A DNA stretch of 64,000 nucleotides from a virus (taxonomy: Duplodnaviria > Caudoviricetes): the IMG/VR virus record IMGVR_UViG_2916441648_000002, positions 1 through 64,000 of that record. One strand, given 5' to 3'. How positions within the stretch are numbered: position 1 is the first letter of the stretch; every line of letters starts with the position of its first letter. Of this stretch, positions 53,701-62,903 are shown piece by piece. A program made the translations under genes and the position numbers. Below the pieces are notes generated by a model. That model saw only the letters and a program-made list of their open reading frames with translations, was not told where the DNA came from and searched no databases.

Positions 53701-54011
53701 GATTGTGATGCCTGCTTTAACCTGGCGTTAACTGAACTCCACTCGTCAGCTAAAGAAATAAGGTGCCCGGTGGCATATGCTCCTGCAAATGCTCCGGCAA
53801 GACCAACAGCAGATGCCTTAGCGGAATTAAGTTGCCCCGTTAAGTCAGCCAAAGCTCTCTGAGTTTCTCTGGACGCGGCAGCCGCCTGGCGGCCACCATT
53901 TTGCATGGTTCGGTAATAATCCTGCCCCATGCGTGAGGCGCGGGAAATTTCCGACTGGAACGATTGGGAGTTAGCAGAGATTTTGATTATCAGTTCGCGA
54001 AGAGTTGCCAT
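50709..54011 (-). CDS. Tail tape measure protein
   Basis: TMP N-terminal domain (QFSQALAQGVLRGEEFNSV), C-terminal GEAGPEAIMPL. Confidence 0.92.
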   Translation of the reverse strand: MATLRELIIKISANSQSFQSEISRASRMGQDYYRTMQNGGRQAAAASRETQRALADLTGQLNSAKASAVGLAGAFAGAYATGHLISLADEWSSVNARLKQASQSTDDFNESQRALMEISQRTGTAFSDNASLFARSAASMREYGYSSEEVLKVTEAISTGLKLSGASSSEASSVITQFSQALAQGVLRGEEFNSVNENGDRVIRALASGMGVARKDLKAMADQGQLTADKVVPALISQLGALQDEYSAMPQTVASATTKIENAFLAWVGGANEATGATSALTGALNAISDNINTVASAAGVLAAIGGSRFIGGMIGDLGSQTAQLVEARKNEIALAAARASTATQSQRKAAADAIAAERAYQLAQSELVLAKNTNAEATATQNAISKRRAMIAANAALVQSNRAVAASQQALNSATSVLGLVKTGATGLLGLVGGLPGLLMLGAGAWYTMYQNQEQARRSAQEYAGQIDEIRQKTSKMSLTETDENRGQTVEALVEQNRLVDEQAKKVGELKNQIDDLNASRGKPGITSENDANILKAIAIVTDQLAVEEGKLNDMRDKSRGIQQALEEIERRRNDLIREQAWRQNAVYQSMIMMNGQHTEFNRLLGLGNQLLMARQGLANVPLRLPQADLDKKQTDALEKSRRDLELSRLKGEAKERLRLSYAADDLGLTSDPQFQTGRQELINNGLAEWRNNEANKPKAKGGKTEGEKTEDVYKRLIKQQKEQIALQGQNTELAKVKYQVSQGELASLTEAQKKTVLQNAALIDQVKLREQLRNYEANLADSNASARAANEAQLLGYGQGSRFRERLQEQFNLRKEFEQKNTDLLRQRQAGEIDETFYQQGLALNKRYLEERLRDQEGYYAASDAQRDDWMTGLSEGYANWVDEATDYSSMAADGMKQAMGGAVTTITDMLNGNVDSWKDWGVSVLKIIQNVLVNMAVANGVSSIGSLFSFGASSAATASSGTAIQNAGANFTFNAKGNVYDSPSLSAYSNGVFQTPQLFAFAKGAGIFGEAGPEAIMPLTRAPNGDLAVRAVGMPQVSGGVPSVNFGDINIQGGSSQAASQGTAGAAGRQLKDAITGVINEQASMPGSPLWRLIKGV

Positions 54012-54024
54012 GCTTTCACCAAAT

Positions 54025-54049
54025 AAAAAAGCTCGCACACAGCGAGCTT
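54025..54049 (-). terminator. Moron terminator
   Basis: GCTCGC/GCGAGC stem plus U6 on minus strand. Confidence 0.75.
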
Positions 54050-54068
54050 CGTATTGAATAAAATTGCC

Positions 54069-54410
54069 CTACCTGCAAAGCGTCTTATAGACCTCAAGAA
54101 ATGCCTTGTCGTCCTCTTTAATCACCACTGCTGAACCATTACTTGTTAATTTCCCATCAATAATCTCGACATAGACGTAAAATTTATTACGATAACTTGT
54201 GCCATCATTATTTTTTTTGTAAGTCACATCACCACAAACGTATGCTGCATTATCACCATACTTAAAATATTCAGCGTTAAACTTAGCATCATCTGGGTTA
54301 TTTAATTTCTCTCTGACGATGTTTTCGCCATTTTTAATAAAATCATTTTTCTCAGGCTTGCACGCGCTGATAAAAAACAAACACATGACGGCTATAATTA
54401 ACTTTTTCAT
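54069..54410 (-). CDS. AT-rich lipoprotein moron
   Basis: MKKLIIAVMCLFFISAC lipobox; flanking promoter and terminator. Confidence 0.8.
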   Translation of the reverse strand: MKKLIIAVMCLFFISACKPEKNDFIKNGENIVREKLNNPDDAKFNAEYFKYGDNAAYVCGDVTYKKNNDGTSYRNKFYVYVEIIDGKLTSNGSAVVIKEDDKAFLEVYKTLCR

Positions 54411-54440
54411 TTTTGCACCTTGATTGCATTATTCATGCTA

Positions 54441-54469
54441 ATGCTAAACCCAGGTACTAGATTTGTCAC
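54441..54469 (-). promoter_or_regulatory. Candidate sigma70 moron promoter GTGACA-17-TAGCAT
   Basis: -35 at 54464-69, -10 at 54441-46. Confidence 0.55.
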
Positions 54470-54778
54470 TGAGTTGCAGCTGTAAGTGCAGCCTCAAGCC
54501 CAGCAAACGGGTCCTTCGGTGCTGATTGCTCATCACCACCCCAGCGCAGGATCGCATCGTCCAGCGGTACTTTTGCCCCCTGCGAACCGTAGATGGCAGA
54601 GACGAGCTGGGCGGCCTGAATGTCACCACGAATATCGCCAACCGGACTTTGCCTGTCGTACTCAATCCACATCAGAAGCTCGCTTGCCGTCATATTCTGC
54701 CGAAGCTCTGAGAGCGTGCGCCCCATCCGGAGCGCAAGCGACATCAGAAACTTTACGCCGGGGGTTGAGACTTTTCCC
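54466..54778 (-). CDS. Tail chaperone GT, -1 frameshift extension
   Basis: -1 frame after GGGAAAAG (54771-78) reads through VSTPGVKFL into the MSLALRMG ORF. Confidence 0.7.
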
Positions 54779-55136
54779 GCGCTTCGTCCGCGTTGTTGAT
54801 CAGGTCAAGCGCCTGCTTGAGCAGGCGTGAATGGACGGGGCCGTAGATTTCACGCACCTGCTCTTCTTCGTCTACGCTGAATACCGGTTGCTTATCGGTG
54901 TCGCACAGGACGTCAATGAAGAGCACCACGTCAGCGCAAAGATTACGGTGTGCCTTTTCCGATACCGACACATTTTCATCATCAGCACCCGCTTTCACCA
55001 CTTCCTGCCAGCGCAGCCAGGCTTCACCTGACGGCTCACGGAGAACCACTTTGACGCCCTCCCACTCAGGAACGGCGACCGTCTTATGACGGAAACCCGA
55101 CATCTTAGCCAGGGCGAGATTTTTAATATTCTTCAT
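54753..55136 (-). CDS. Tail assembly chaperone G
   Basis: VPEWEGVKVVLREPSG; position. Confidence 0.85.
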   Translation of the reverse strand: MKNIKNLALAKMSGFRHKTVAVPEWEGVKVVLREPSGEAWLRWQEVVKAGADDENVSVSEKAHRNLCADVVLFIDVLCDTDKQPVFSVDEEEQVREIYGPVHSRLLKQALDLINNADEAREKSQPPA

Positions 55137-55144
55137 GCGACCTC

Positions 55145-55588
55145 TCAGGAGCCAGACTCGATATTTTCAGGCTTACCTTTCAGACGCAGGGAGAACGTTG
55201 CCGCCACTACGCCGTTGGTACCTGAAGACCAGGTGTGCTGGCGGATTTCAGCCAGGAACTTAAAGCCCTTGCCGGAAGGGAAGATTACCTGGAAAGCGTA
55301 GGTCGTATCGTTGTCATACGCATCACGCAAGGCGTCCTGCGCCGGATTCTTGTAGAAGTTTCCGGACAGAGAGATTTCTGACGGAGAAGGCAGGCCGTTA
55401 ATGTTCTCCTGCTCGGTCGAGCAAAGCGTTGTTACGTCGATATCCTGCTTCTGACCACCGGTGAACTGAATTTCTTTGATGGTGCAACTCAAATCGAGGA
55501 AGGTTGCGGAGTCCATCGTTTCTTTGGTGGCTGGCAAGGAGGAAATAAGGATCTTCGTCAGCTGCGATTTTTCATAAAGTGCAGACAT
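55145..55588 (-). CDS. Major tail tube protein
   Basis: GGQKQDIDVTTLCS motif; position. Confidence 0.85.
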   Translation of the reverse strand: MSALYEKSQLTKILISSLPATKETMDSATFLDLSCTIKEIQFTGGQKQDIDVTTLCSTEQENINGLPSPSEISLSGNFYKNPAQDALRDAYDNDTTYAFQVIFPSGKGFKFLAEIRQHTWSSGTNGVVAATFSLRLKGKPENIESGS

Positions 55589-55647
55589 AGCTGTCTCCTG
55601 GAAAAAGAAAACCCGCCATCAGGCGGGTTCGTTGGGTGAATTAATTG

Positions 55648-55995
55648 TCAGGGGGTAACTTTAAAATCCAGGGTGGCACGGTAGAGCCGATAATCTGGCT
55701 CGTACCCGGGGATTTTTACCACCTCTGTAGGGTTTAACGGCTCAAGCGAAGCGAGCACCAAATCTCTCAGGGATCGTGATTCAGCGATCGAAGTGGAATA
55801 CACATCGACCTGAACGGAAACCCTGCTCTCTGCCTGGCCACACAGTACGTCAGCGGAAACATCATCGACGATGGAAAAGATAATCCAGGGTGGAGAGACA
55901 GACGGTTTCCCGTCACTACCTAATGGCGCAACATAGGGGTATACCCGTCCTTCTGCCAGGGAAGAAAGCAAGGCGTAGATATTATCTTCATTCAC
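55648..55995 (-). CDS. Tail terminator (DUF3168-like)
   Basis: RVYPYVAP, VQVDVY. Confidence 0.8.
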   Translation of the reverse strand: MNEDNIYALLSSLAEGRVYPYVAPLGSDGKPSVSPPWIIFSIVDDVSADVLCGQAESRVSVQVDVYSTSIAESRSLRDLVLASLEPLNPTEVVKIPGYEPDYRLYRATLDFKVTP

Positions 55996-56441
55996 TTGCT
56001 CAATACCTCATCAATAGCCTGATTCATCCTGGCAATGGCGACGCTGGCGGCCTCTTCCTCGCGAGTATCGTAAGCGGGTCGCACAAACGGATGTGCAGGC
56101 ATGTTCGCGGTGCCCAGTTCAACGAATCGCCAGTAAAAGGCGTTTCTCGGGTTATTCGCCTTCATCGTGTTATCGCTGTTTCCGGTGCGCGGATTAACGC
56201 CACGAATATGGACGCCGGAAGAAATCTCCCCGCGACGGCGGCTTTTTTGGGTCACCACCACCACATTTTTTTTCAGTTTCCCTGTACGCACCGGAGCGCG
56301 GGCGATCACTTCTTCCTTAAGCACTTCGGCGCCAGCGCGCGTGGCATCACGCAGAACCTTGTTGTTTTCAGCGCGACTAAGCGCCTCCAGGTCCTTTGCG
56401 ATATCATTTAACCCAGAAAAATCGAGGCTCGTGTCTATCAT
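55992..56441 (-). CDS. HK97 gp10-family protein
   Basis: APVRTGKLKKN, FYWRFVELGTANMPAHPFVRPA. Confidence 0.88.
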   Translation of the reverse strand: MIDTSLDFSGLNDIAKDLEALSRAENNKVLRDATRAGAEVLKEEVIARAPVRTGKLKKNVVVVTQKSRRRGEISSGVHIRGVNPRTGNSDNTMKANNPRNAFYWRFVELGTANMPAHPFVRPAYDTREEEAASVAIARMNQAIDEVLSK

Positions 56442-56776
56442 TTTTCGATCCCCTGCTTACAAAGAATTTCGAGCTGAATACCACGAGAATCAGGGATAGG
56501 CGGACCAATAATATTCAAAATGGCCCCCTTGAACGGGCCAGTCATAACCCTGAGTCTGGACGCAGCAGTTATATCGCTACGAAATCGTGTCCATACCCTG
56601 ATGGTGGCGACTGCGGTTTCAGCACCAGCGGCTACCAGCTCTCGCCCACTGATACCTTTTACTTCTGCCCAGGTTTCTGCACCGTCATGCCACGTTTCAA
56701 CAGGCTGACCAGAAGGATCACGCGATGTTGTAATGTTCTGAATTACCACCCTGTCTCTCAGTCTTCCGGCCTGCAT
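56438..56776 (-). CDS. Head closure protein
   Basis: MQAGRLRDRV start. Confidence 0.88.
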   Translation of the reverse strand: MQAGRLRDRVVIQNITTSRDPSGQPVETWHDGAETWAEVKGISGRELVAAGAETAVATIRVWTRFRSDITAASRLRVMTGPFKGAILNIIGPPIPDSRGIQLEILCKQGIEK

Positions 56777-56785
56777 AATGTCCTC

Positions 56786-57112
56786 CTATACCCCATAAAT
56801 TCGGTATGGCTGCAGCAAGGCTTCAACAGCAAGCGGGACCTCTGCAACGGTTTGCCCGATGGCCACGGATTCCCGGTTTGCATACCAGTGACCGATAAGC
56901 AGTAGCATGGCTGCCTTAACATCATCATTCAGTAGAATTGGGGCCGGGTCGTCTGAATAGCCAGGGCTGCTTTCATTCTCATACAGCGTTCGCCTTGTCC
57001 ATGTCTGGACGTACCGGGCCGCCGCGCCTGTGTAAATCTCCAGCAGAGCATCATCACCCGTAAAGTCGGTATCAATGCGGCAATGCTGTTTCACCACATT
57101 CTGATCAAGCAT
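56786..57112 (-). CDS. Head-tail connector (gp6-like)
   Basis: VKQHCRID, AMLLLIGHWYANRE. Confidence 0.9.
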   Translation of the reverse strand: MLDQNVVKQHCRIDTDFTGDDALLEIYTGAAARYVQTWTRRTLYENESSPGYSDDPAPILLNDDVKAAMLLLIGHWYANRESVAIGQTVAEVPLAVEALLQPYRIYGV

Positions 57113-57154
57113 TTGTTTGCCCCAAAAAAAGCGGCCCGAAGGCCGCCATTGATT

Positions 57155-58363
57155 TTAGCTACCAGCACCGGACAGGTCGCCCCAGACAAATGCTTCTGGA
57201 CGGTATACCGCCAGCGCCGCACGCTCTTCGCAACGAATCGAGATCATGTTTTTCTCGAAATCGTCGGCGTTCTCGGTTGAAATAACCACGTTGGCTTCTT
57301 CACGGTCGAACAGTTGCGCACCAGCATTAAATGCGCCCGTAAGGAACTTACCGATAAACTGCGCGGTCTCAGTCGCCACCACTGGCAGCGCCCACAATGT
57401 CGGCGTAGTGAGCTGCGCCGGGTTCGCCAGGATGTAACGACCAAGCTCATCTTTGGTCAGCTCAATTTTGGCCCAGTCGATGAAGTGCAGCACATGTCCT
57501 GATGCAGGGAAGCGCGCCAGTTGCGCCTGAAGCATCGCCAGACGCAGGCGGTCAATACCTGTTTCACGCTCTACCGCAAATGCCGGATTAAACGCCGTCG
57601 CCTGCGGAATGATGCCCTTCAGATGTGCGCCGGTGCCGTCGCCGAATAGAATTTCCTGCTCTTCAGCATATTTCAGGCCGTAGCGCATCTCAGCGTCGAT
57701 AGTTGACTGAAGCTGTGCAAAATCGTCCAAGATCTGTTTGGATGCTTTGAACATGTGCGCAATGGTGCGCACGGGCGTTGTTTCTTCAGCGAACTCAATT
57801 TCACTGTAAGGTTTGGTGGTATTTTCCGGAACAGCAGCGGCGTTATTAGTGAATCCTGTCTGTTTCACGTAATAAATGGTGTTGGACTGCGTGCGGCCCG
57901 GGGAGATAAGGTCACGGATGAACAGACGCTGCTTTGGTGTAGTGTCGATACCGGGCAGGCGCTGCGGAGCGACAATGGTTCCACCTACATCCACTGTGGT
58001 CAGTGCCGCCTTAACAGGCACGGCAATACGTTTATTACCTTCTAGGCTTGAGCGAATGTCTTTCATCATGTCAGCAGAAACTACCTGCTGACCGACGGAC
58101 TGAATAACTTCCTTTGCGGCATTCAGCGGCATATTTGCCACATGCTGCTCAAGCTCCCCCAGGGAAGCGGCCAACGTTTTATGCGCACCGTTAAGGGCAT
58201 TAAATTCGGTAGCAATTTTATCCACCGACTCTTTGGTTTCTGCGGAAAGCTTGCCTGAGGCCTGAGCCTCGTTAATCGCTTTTTCCGCCTTCTGGCTGAA
58301 TTCACCAGATACTTCTTCCAGCTTCGCAGAAACTTTTTTCAGCAATTCGTTTACATCAGACAT
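57155..58363 (-). CDS. Major capsid protein, HK97 family
   Basis: N-terminal coiled delta domain; EEQEILFGDG; IRCEERAALAVYRPEAF. Confidence 0.93.
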   Translation of the reverse strand: MSDVNELLKKVSAKLEEVSGEFSQKAEKAINEAQASGKLSAETKESVDKIATEFNALNGAHKTLAASLGELEQHVANMPLNAAKEVIQSVGQQVVSADMMKDIRSSLEGNKRIAVPVKAALTTVDVGGTIVAPQRLPGIDTTPKQRLFIRDLISPGRTQSNTIYYVKQTGFTNNAAAVPENTTKPYSEIEFAEETTPVRTIAHMFKASKQILDDFAQLQSTIDAEMRYGLKYAEEQEILFGDGTGAHLKGIIPQATAFNPAFAVERETGIDRLRLAMLQAQLARFPASGHVLHFIDWAKIELTKDELGRYILANPAQLTTPTLWALPVVATETAQFIGKFLTGAFNAGAQLFDREEANVVISTENADDFEKNMISIRCEERAALAVYRPEAFVWGDLSGAGS

Positions 58364-58372
58364 ATTTATTCC

Positions 58373-59221
58373 TTATTTGCCGAACGCGGCCAGCGCGTTT
58401 TCAAGCGTTTGAATGTTTTCGGGGTTTATTTGGTCGGTAGCGCCCGGCATACCGTCAGGATTGGTGGCAGCGCCAGGCATGCCACCGGATAAGGCTTTAA
58501 TGAGTTTTCTGCGCTCAGAGCGCGGGGTGTTGGTTTTAGCCAGCAGCGCATCAAGTTTGCGAAGCGCGGCCGCGGGTGATTCATCGCCATCACTGACCGC
58601 ATCAGCAGAAAGCAGGCTGTCTGCCAGTCCCTTCGCCACAGCGTCACTGCCACCGATATAGCTTTCCGCGTCCATCAGCTTCTGCACAGCGGCCATATCA
58701 AGGCCGGAGCGCGCCGCGTAGATGTCAGCCATAGCGGTATCGAAGGGTTCCAGTGACTGTGCCAGTTCTGCAAAATCATGGCGGTTTCCCATCGCATATA
58801 CCCAGCAGTTGTGGATCATCAGGAAGGCACCGCGGCCAATCTGAATATCATCCCCGGCCATCGCAATTATCGAGGCGGCGCTGGCGGCAATGCCCAGCAC
58901 CTTCACCGTTACACGGCCTTCGTATTCGCGGAGCAGGTTGTAAATAGCCAGACCTTCGAACATGTCGCCGCCCGGTGAGTTGATATTCACCGTGACGTCG
59001 GCGCCGTTCATCGCCCGAAGCGCACCGGCAATACGTTTAGCTGTTACCCCTTCGCCCCAGTAGTCCTGTCCGATAACATCAAAAACAGAAATGCTGTTAT
59101 CGTCGGTGGCCGCCGCTTTGATCCCGCCGTCCCAGCGGTCCAGTGCGGACGGTAATGTTTCACAGGTAACGCGCGCGCAGGGGCGACCCGCCGGTGCTAC
59201 CGGAAGTTGTTTTTTGCTCAT
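58373..59221 (-). CDS. ClpP-like (S14) prohead protease
   Basis: INSPGGD, AASAAS, MIHN. Confidence 0.9.
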   Translation of the reverse strand: MSKKQLPVAPAGRPCARVTCETLPSALDRWDGGIKAAATDDNSISVFDVIGQDYWGEGVTAKRIAGALRAMNGADVTVNINSPGGDMFEGLAIYNLLREYEGRVTVKVLGIAASAASIIAMAGDDIQIGRGAFLMIHNCWVYAMGNRHDFAELAQSLEPFDTAMADIYAARSGLDMAAVQKLMDAESYIGGSDAVAKGLADSLLSADAVSDGDESPAAALRKLDALLAKTNTPRSERRKLIKALSGGMPGAATNPDGMPGATDQINPENIQTLENALAAFGK

Positions 59222-59234
59222 CAGGAAAGTGCTC

Positions 59235-60539
59235 CTAAGCGGCCTGTTTCAGCGGAGATTGTTCAAAGGAAATGTCAGGGAATATGTGGTTATGCAATTC
59301 TCTCAAGGCCAGAGCCTGAACAGCAGGATTGCTGCTTTCGAGATTTTTCAGTTGCGTCAGGTTGAGCTGAACGGTGTAAATGTCGCCCCCTTCAATCGGT
59401 GGCATATTTTCAAGGCGACGCACGTCATTGCGGGACATCCACCCATTCTGGAGCGCGCTGGTATAGTACGCAGCACGACCGGCACTATCGGCACGCAGCA
59501 GTCCTTCTACGGAGAACTCCGCGAATACCTCATCATCGCTGTCCAGCAGGCACCGTCCAATTTCCTGTTCGATGTTCACCAGCAGGGGACGCAGGGTATG
59601 CGTCAGGAACTGGAGGTTCATGCCCTCCAGACTGGATGCCCAGCTGCTTTGCTTCGTGGTATGACCGACCATGAAAGGTGGAACGCGAAACCAGCGACAG
59701 ATTTCCTCAATACTGAAAGAGCGGCTTTCCAGCATCTGGGCGTCTTCCGGATTCATGGTGACGCCCTGATACTTCAATCCGCCTTCAAGTACCATTATTT
59801 TCCCGGCGTTTTTTGAGCCGGTAAATGCAGCCATGTAGCTGCGAAGTCTTTCACGTTGTTCGTCAGACAGCGCATTATCAGCGGAGAGAAAACCTGAACT
59901 CTGAAGCCCCTGTTCAAATATCTTTGCAGCAGACTCCTCAACCGCCATTGCAGAACCGAACACATCCCGGCCTGTTTTCATCGGCATCATGCCGCAAACA
60001 CCGTCCAGACCAAACCCGCGAATGTGCATGATGTTTTTGACGGGAATGACGCGCTCGTTACCATTTTCAGTGTATTTGTATTCCAGCGCCCCGGTAGTGA
60101 GACGTTTAACCACCATGTTCTGCGGAAGCAAAGGCACCAGCGAAACCAGGCGGTTTGCGATGAATTTCTTCTCAATGAAGGCGTTCCCGCGCAGGCAAAT
60201 ACTGGCGACAACCATCAACATAAAGCGTGATGGTGTCATTTCTAAATTGGGTCGTCGGCACAGTATCGAATAGGCCGGATGATCGGTTGCTGCTTTACGC
60301 GAACCGTCAGGCTGTCGAACGTATATTTTCAGCGGAAGGGTTGAAATAGACTCGCTTAACAGTCTTACGCATGCCCACACAGCAGATAGCTGGATGGCTT
60401 TATCGGCCGTGACCACCTTTCCGCTACTGCTGGTGCCAAACCATTCCTCCCAGAACGTGCCGGTAGTCAGGCTGATAGGCACCCCAAGCCAGTTAAGCAG
60501 AGCGCTTTTCACCCTGCCTGGCTGTTTGTTTTTTTTCAT
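59235..60539 (-). CDS. Portal protein, HK97 family
   Basis: SAVWACVRLLSESISTLPL, ICRWFRVPP, NGWMSRNDVR. Confidence 0.93.
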   Translation of the reverse strand: MKKNKQPGRVKSALLNWLGVPISLTTGTFWEEWFGTSSSGKVVTADKAIQLSAVWACVRLLSESISTLPLKIYVRQPDGSRKAATDHPAYSILCRRPNLEMTPSRFMLMVVASICLRGNAFIEKKFIANRLVSLVPLLPQNMVVKRLTTGALEYKYTENGNERVIPVKNIMHIRGFGLDGVCGMMPMKTGRDVFGSAMAVEESAAKIFEQGLQSSGFLSADNALSDEQRERLRSYMAAFTGSKNAGKIMVLEGGLKYQGVTMNPEDAQMLESRSFSIEEICRWFRVPPFMVGHTTKQSSWASSLEGMNLQFLTHTLRPLLVNIEQEIGRCLLDSDDEVFAEFSVEGLLRADSAGRAAYYTSALQNGWMSRNDVRRLENMPPIEGGDIYTVQLNLTQLKNLESSNPAVQALALRELHNHIFPDISFEQSPLKQAA

Positions 60540-62275
60540 CAGAAACCTACCATGATGGGATTATTGAAGAATCCGGAGAGATCCTGCTGGTCGTTGCCGC
60601 CGTTAACCAGAACGCGGCTCATTGCTGTGAACAATGCCGCCGGGCCATCAATCTTGGCCTCTGGTGTGGACTTGTTCGGGAAAATGTTCTCGTTCCGGTC
60701 AGGTTTGACGGTTACGTTGGACATCATCCAGTTCATTACCGGGTGATCGCTGTGATGGAAGCGGCCACCGTATACCAGTGCTTCGACCTCTTTCATCGCC
60801 TCAGAGAAATTGCGAACCGTCTGCGGCACTTCCACCAGCGGCAGCCCTTCTTCTGCCAGCGCAAGGCTGAACTGCGTCGCACTCCACGGGTCGAAGCCAA
60901 TTTCTTTCAGACTCTCGCCAGCAACCCACACCTGCAGCTCTTCCTTAATCTGAGCATGGTCGATTACATCCCCGTCGGTAAGGATCAGCTTGTCCATCTC
61001 GGCCCACTTACGATAGAGCTCTGCCATCTGGCGGGAACACTTCTCAAGGCGTCCCTCCGGCAGCCAGAATTTAAAATCCGCATGAACGTGGCCACCTGGC
61101 GCGCGCCAGACTTTAGCGGCTGCACAGATATCAATTTTGTTTGAAAGGTCAACGCCCACCCAGGAGGGATAGGTTTTAAGTTCGTGCTGCGGGGCGATAA
61201 ACTCGCATTTTTCCCATTTCATCATGTCCATCCAGGCAGACTCAGCGGTAACCCAGATATTCATGTGTTTGGTGAAAAAGTTAATCCTGGCCGAAACCTG
61301 CTCTTTCGCCTTTTTAGCCAGGCGGCGCAGGTCATCCCAACGCTTACAGATACCCAGCCCCGGATTCGCCTTCTGCCAGACTTTTTCATCGAAGGGATCG
61401 TCACCTTCATCTAAGGTGTAGATGATGGCAAAAAACGTATCGTCTTTAACCAGGCCGCGCAGGACCTTGATTGCGTAATCGCGTAGTTCGTAACAGATAC
61501 CTTCTTTGTTGAAGCCGGCGGTGGTGATACCGAAAAGCAGAGATTGCAGGCGCGCGCCGGTGGCCGTCTCAAGAACGTCCCAGACGTCACGGGTTTTATG
61601 AGCATGCAGCTCGTCGACGATGGCGCAATGAATGTTCAGGCCGTCGAGGTTGTTCGCATCTGATGATAAAGGCTCGAATTTGGAGGCCGTTTGCTCTTGG
61701 TAGATAGCGAGCTTGTTGAATTCGAAAATCCGCCCAAGAGTGGCTTTCGCCTTCTTGACCATATTTTTCGCGTCTTCAAAAACAATTCGCGCCTGGTCAC
61801 GGGTGGTTGCAGCGGAATAAACCTCCGCTCCGCCTTCGCCGTCTGCGCCAGCCATATAAAGCCCCACACCGGAGCAAAGCGTTGATTTGGCATTTTTACG
61901 GGCCACCTCAACATCTGCTGTACGGAAACGCCGAACCATCACCGGCCGACCGCTGCCGTCGTTACGCAGGACGGTTTCTCCCGTTTCTTCGTTAACCAGT
62001 GGGATAACAAAACCAAAAATATTAATCAGGATAAAAACATGCCAGTCCATCAGCTCGATAGGCTGGCCTGCCAGCGCGCCTTTTACGTGAGGCACAAAAT
62101 TATAGAAATTCAGAATGTGCTGCGCGCGCGGCTCACTGAAGAAAATACCGCGCTCTTCGCCATGTGCCAGATCGTCAAGAAAACGCTGGCAGGCAAGGCG
62201 CACATACTCACAGGCAATAATTTCCCCCGCCACCACCCTCTCGGCGTAGCGGATGCCTTCTGCAACCTTAGCCAT
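60539..62275 (-). CDS. terL: Terminase large subunit
   Basis: ARKNAKST Walker A, AIVDELH Walker B, GVDLS, KIDG. Confidence 0.95.
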   Translation of the reverse strand: MAKVAEGIRYAERVVAGEIIACEYVRLACQRFLDDLAHGEERGIFFSEPRAQHILNFYNFVPHVKGALAGQPIELMDWHVFILINIFGFVIPLVNEETGETVLRNDGSGRPVMVRRFRTADVEVARKNAKSTLCSGVGLYMAGADGEGGAEVYSAATTRDQARIVFEDAKNMVKKAKATLGRIFEFNKLAIYQEQTASKFEPLSSDANNLDGLNIHCAIVDELHAHKTRDVWDVLETATGARLQSLLFGITTAGFNKEGICYELRDYAIKVLRGLVKDDTFFAIIYTLDEGDDPFDEKVWQKANPGLGICKRWDDLRRLAKKAKEQVSARINFFTKHMNIWVTAESAWMDMMKWEKCEFIAPQHELKTYPSWVGVDLSNKIDICAAAKVWRAPGGHVHADFKFWLPEGRLEKCSRQMAELYRKWAEMDKLILTDGDVIDHAQIKEELQVWVAGESLKEIGFDPWSATQFSLALAEEGLPLVEVPQTVRNFSEAMKEVEALVYGGRFHHSDHPVMNWMMSNVTVKPDRNENIFPNKSTPEAKIDGPAALFTAMSRVLVNGGNDQQDLSGFFNNPIMVGF

Positions 62276-62748
62276 TAATCCCTCGCATTCATAAACTCGG
62301 TCAGCGGATCAACCGCATCAGGACCTTTGGCATTAACCTTAGAACGGCTGGCTGGCGTCATGCCAAACTCACCGAGCATGGCGCGCAGACGTTTCCAGGC
62401 ATCAGCTTTCATGATGGCCGCCGGGTGAGCCTTTATCAGCACATCCCCGCTCTGCGTTTCGGTCCGGTAGGTGTAGCCCTCAACTTCAAGCGTGTCGCAG
62501 TGATGCCGGTATTCGGTATAAGCCTCAACAAGCAGCTCAAGGGCTCTGGCGTCCAGCTGAGACATCACACCGATAGCATCAAGCTCGTCGGCCATCCGTT
62601 TAAACCAGTATTTCCCCTGCTTATCGAAATGCTTCGGCGTTGGGGGTACCCCTGAAGGGGGTTTTGGTTCGTTCTCATTGATCGGGCGCTTTGATGGGTT
62701 ACCCCTCACCAAACGTAGATGGGTCGGGGTTTTCGGTGGTCCAGACAT
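62275..62748 (-). CDS. terS: Terminase small subunit (P27-like)
   Basis: GPPKTPT..LVRGNPSKR start; EFGMTPASR. Confidence 0.9.
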   Translation of the reverse strand: MSGPPKTPTHLRLVRGNPSKRPINENEPKPPSGVPPTPKHFDKQGKYWFKRMADELDAIGVMSQLDARALELLVEAYTEYRHHCDTLEVEGYTYRTETQSGDVLIKAHPAAIMKADAWKRLRAMLGEFGMTPASRSKVNAKGPDAVDPLTEFMNARD

Positions 62749-62759
62749 AATCGAAAACT

Positions 62760-62900
62760 CCTATTAATCATCGAATGGGGTACCCCTAAAAAAAGTTTTC
62801 TAACCTGCGGCGATGTGAAAAGAGGTTAGGCGGCGGTCCTTTAGGGTGATTTCCCTGAGGTTTTTACCCGCCCTCCCCCAGACCGCGCAAATGAGAGCAG
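62760..62900. other. Probable cos region of prophage B
   Basis: Non-coding gap before terS containing CGCCGCCTAA (minus, 62826-62835), resembling HK97-type 3' cohesive ends as recalled; cut site not determinable. Confidence 0.5.
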
Positions 62901-62903
62901 ATA

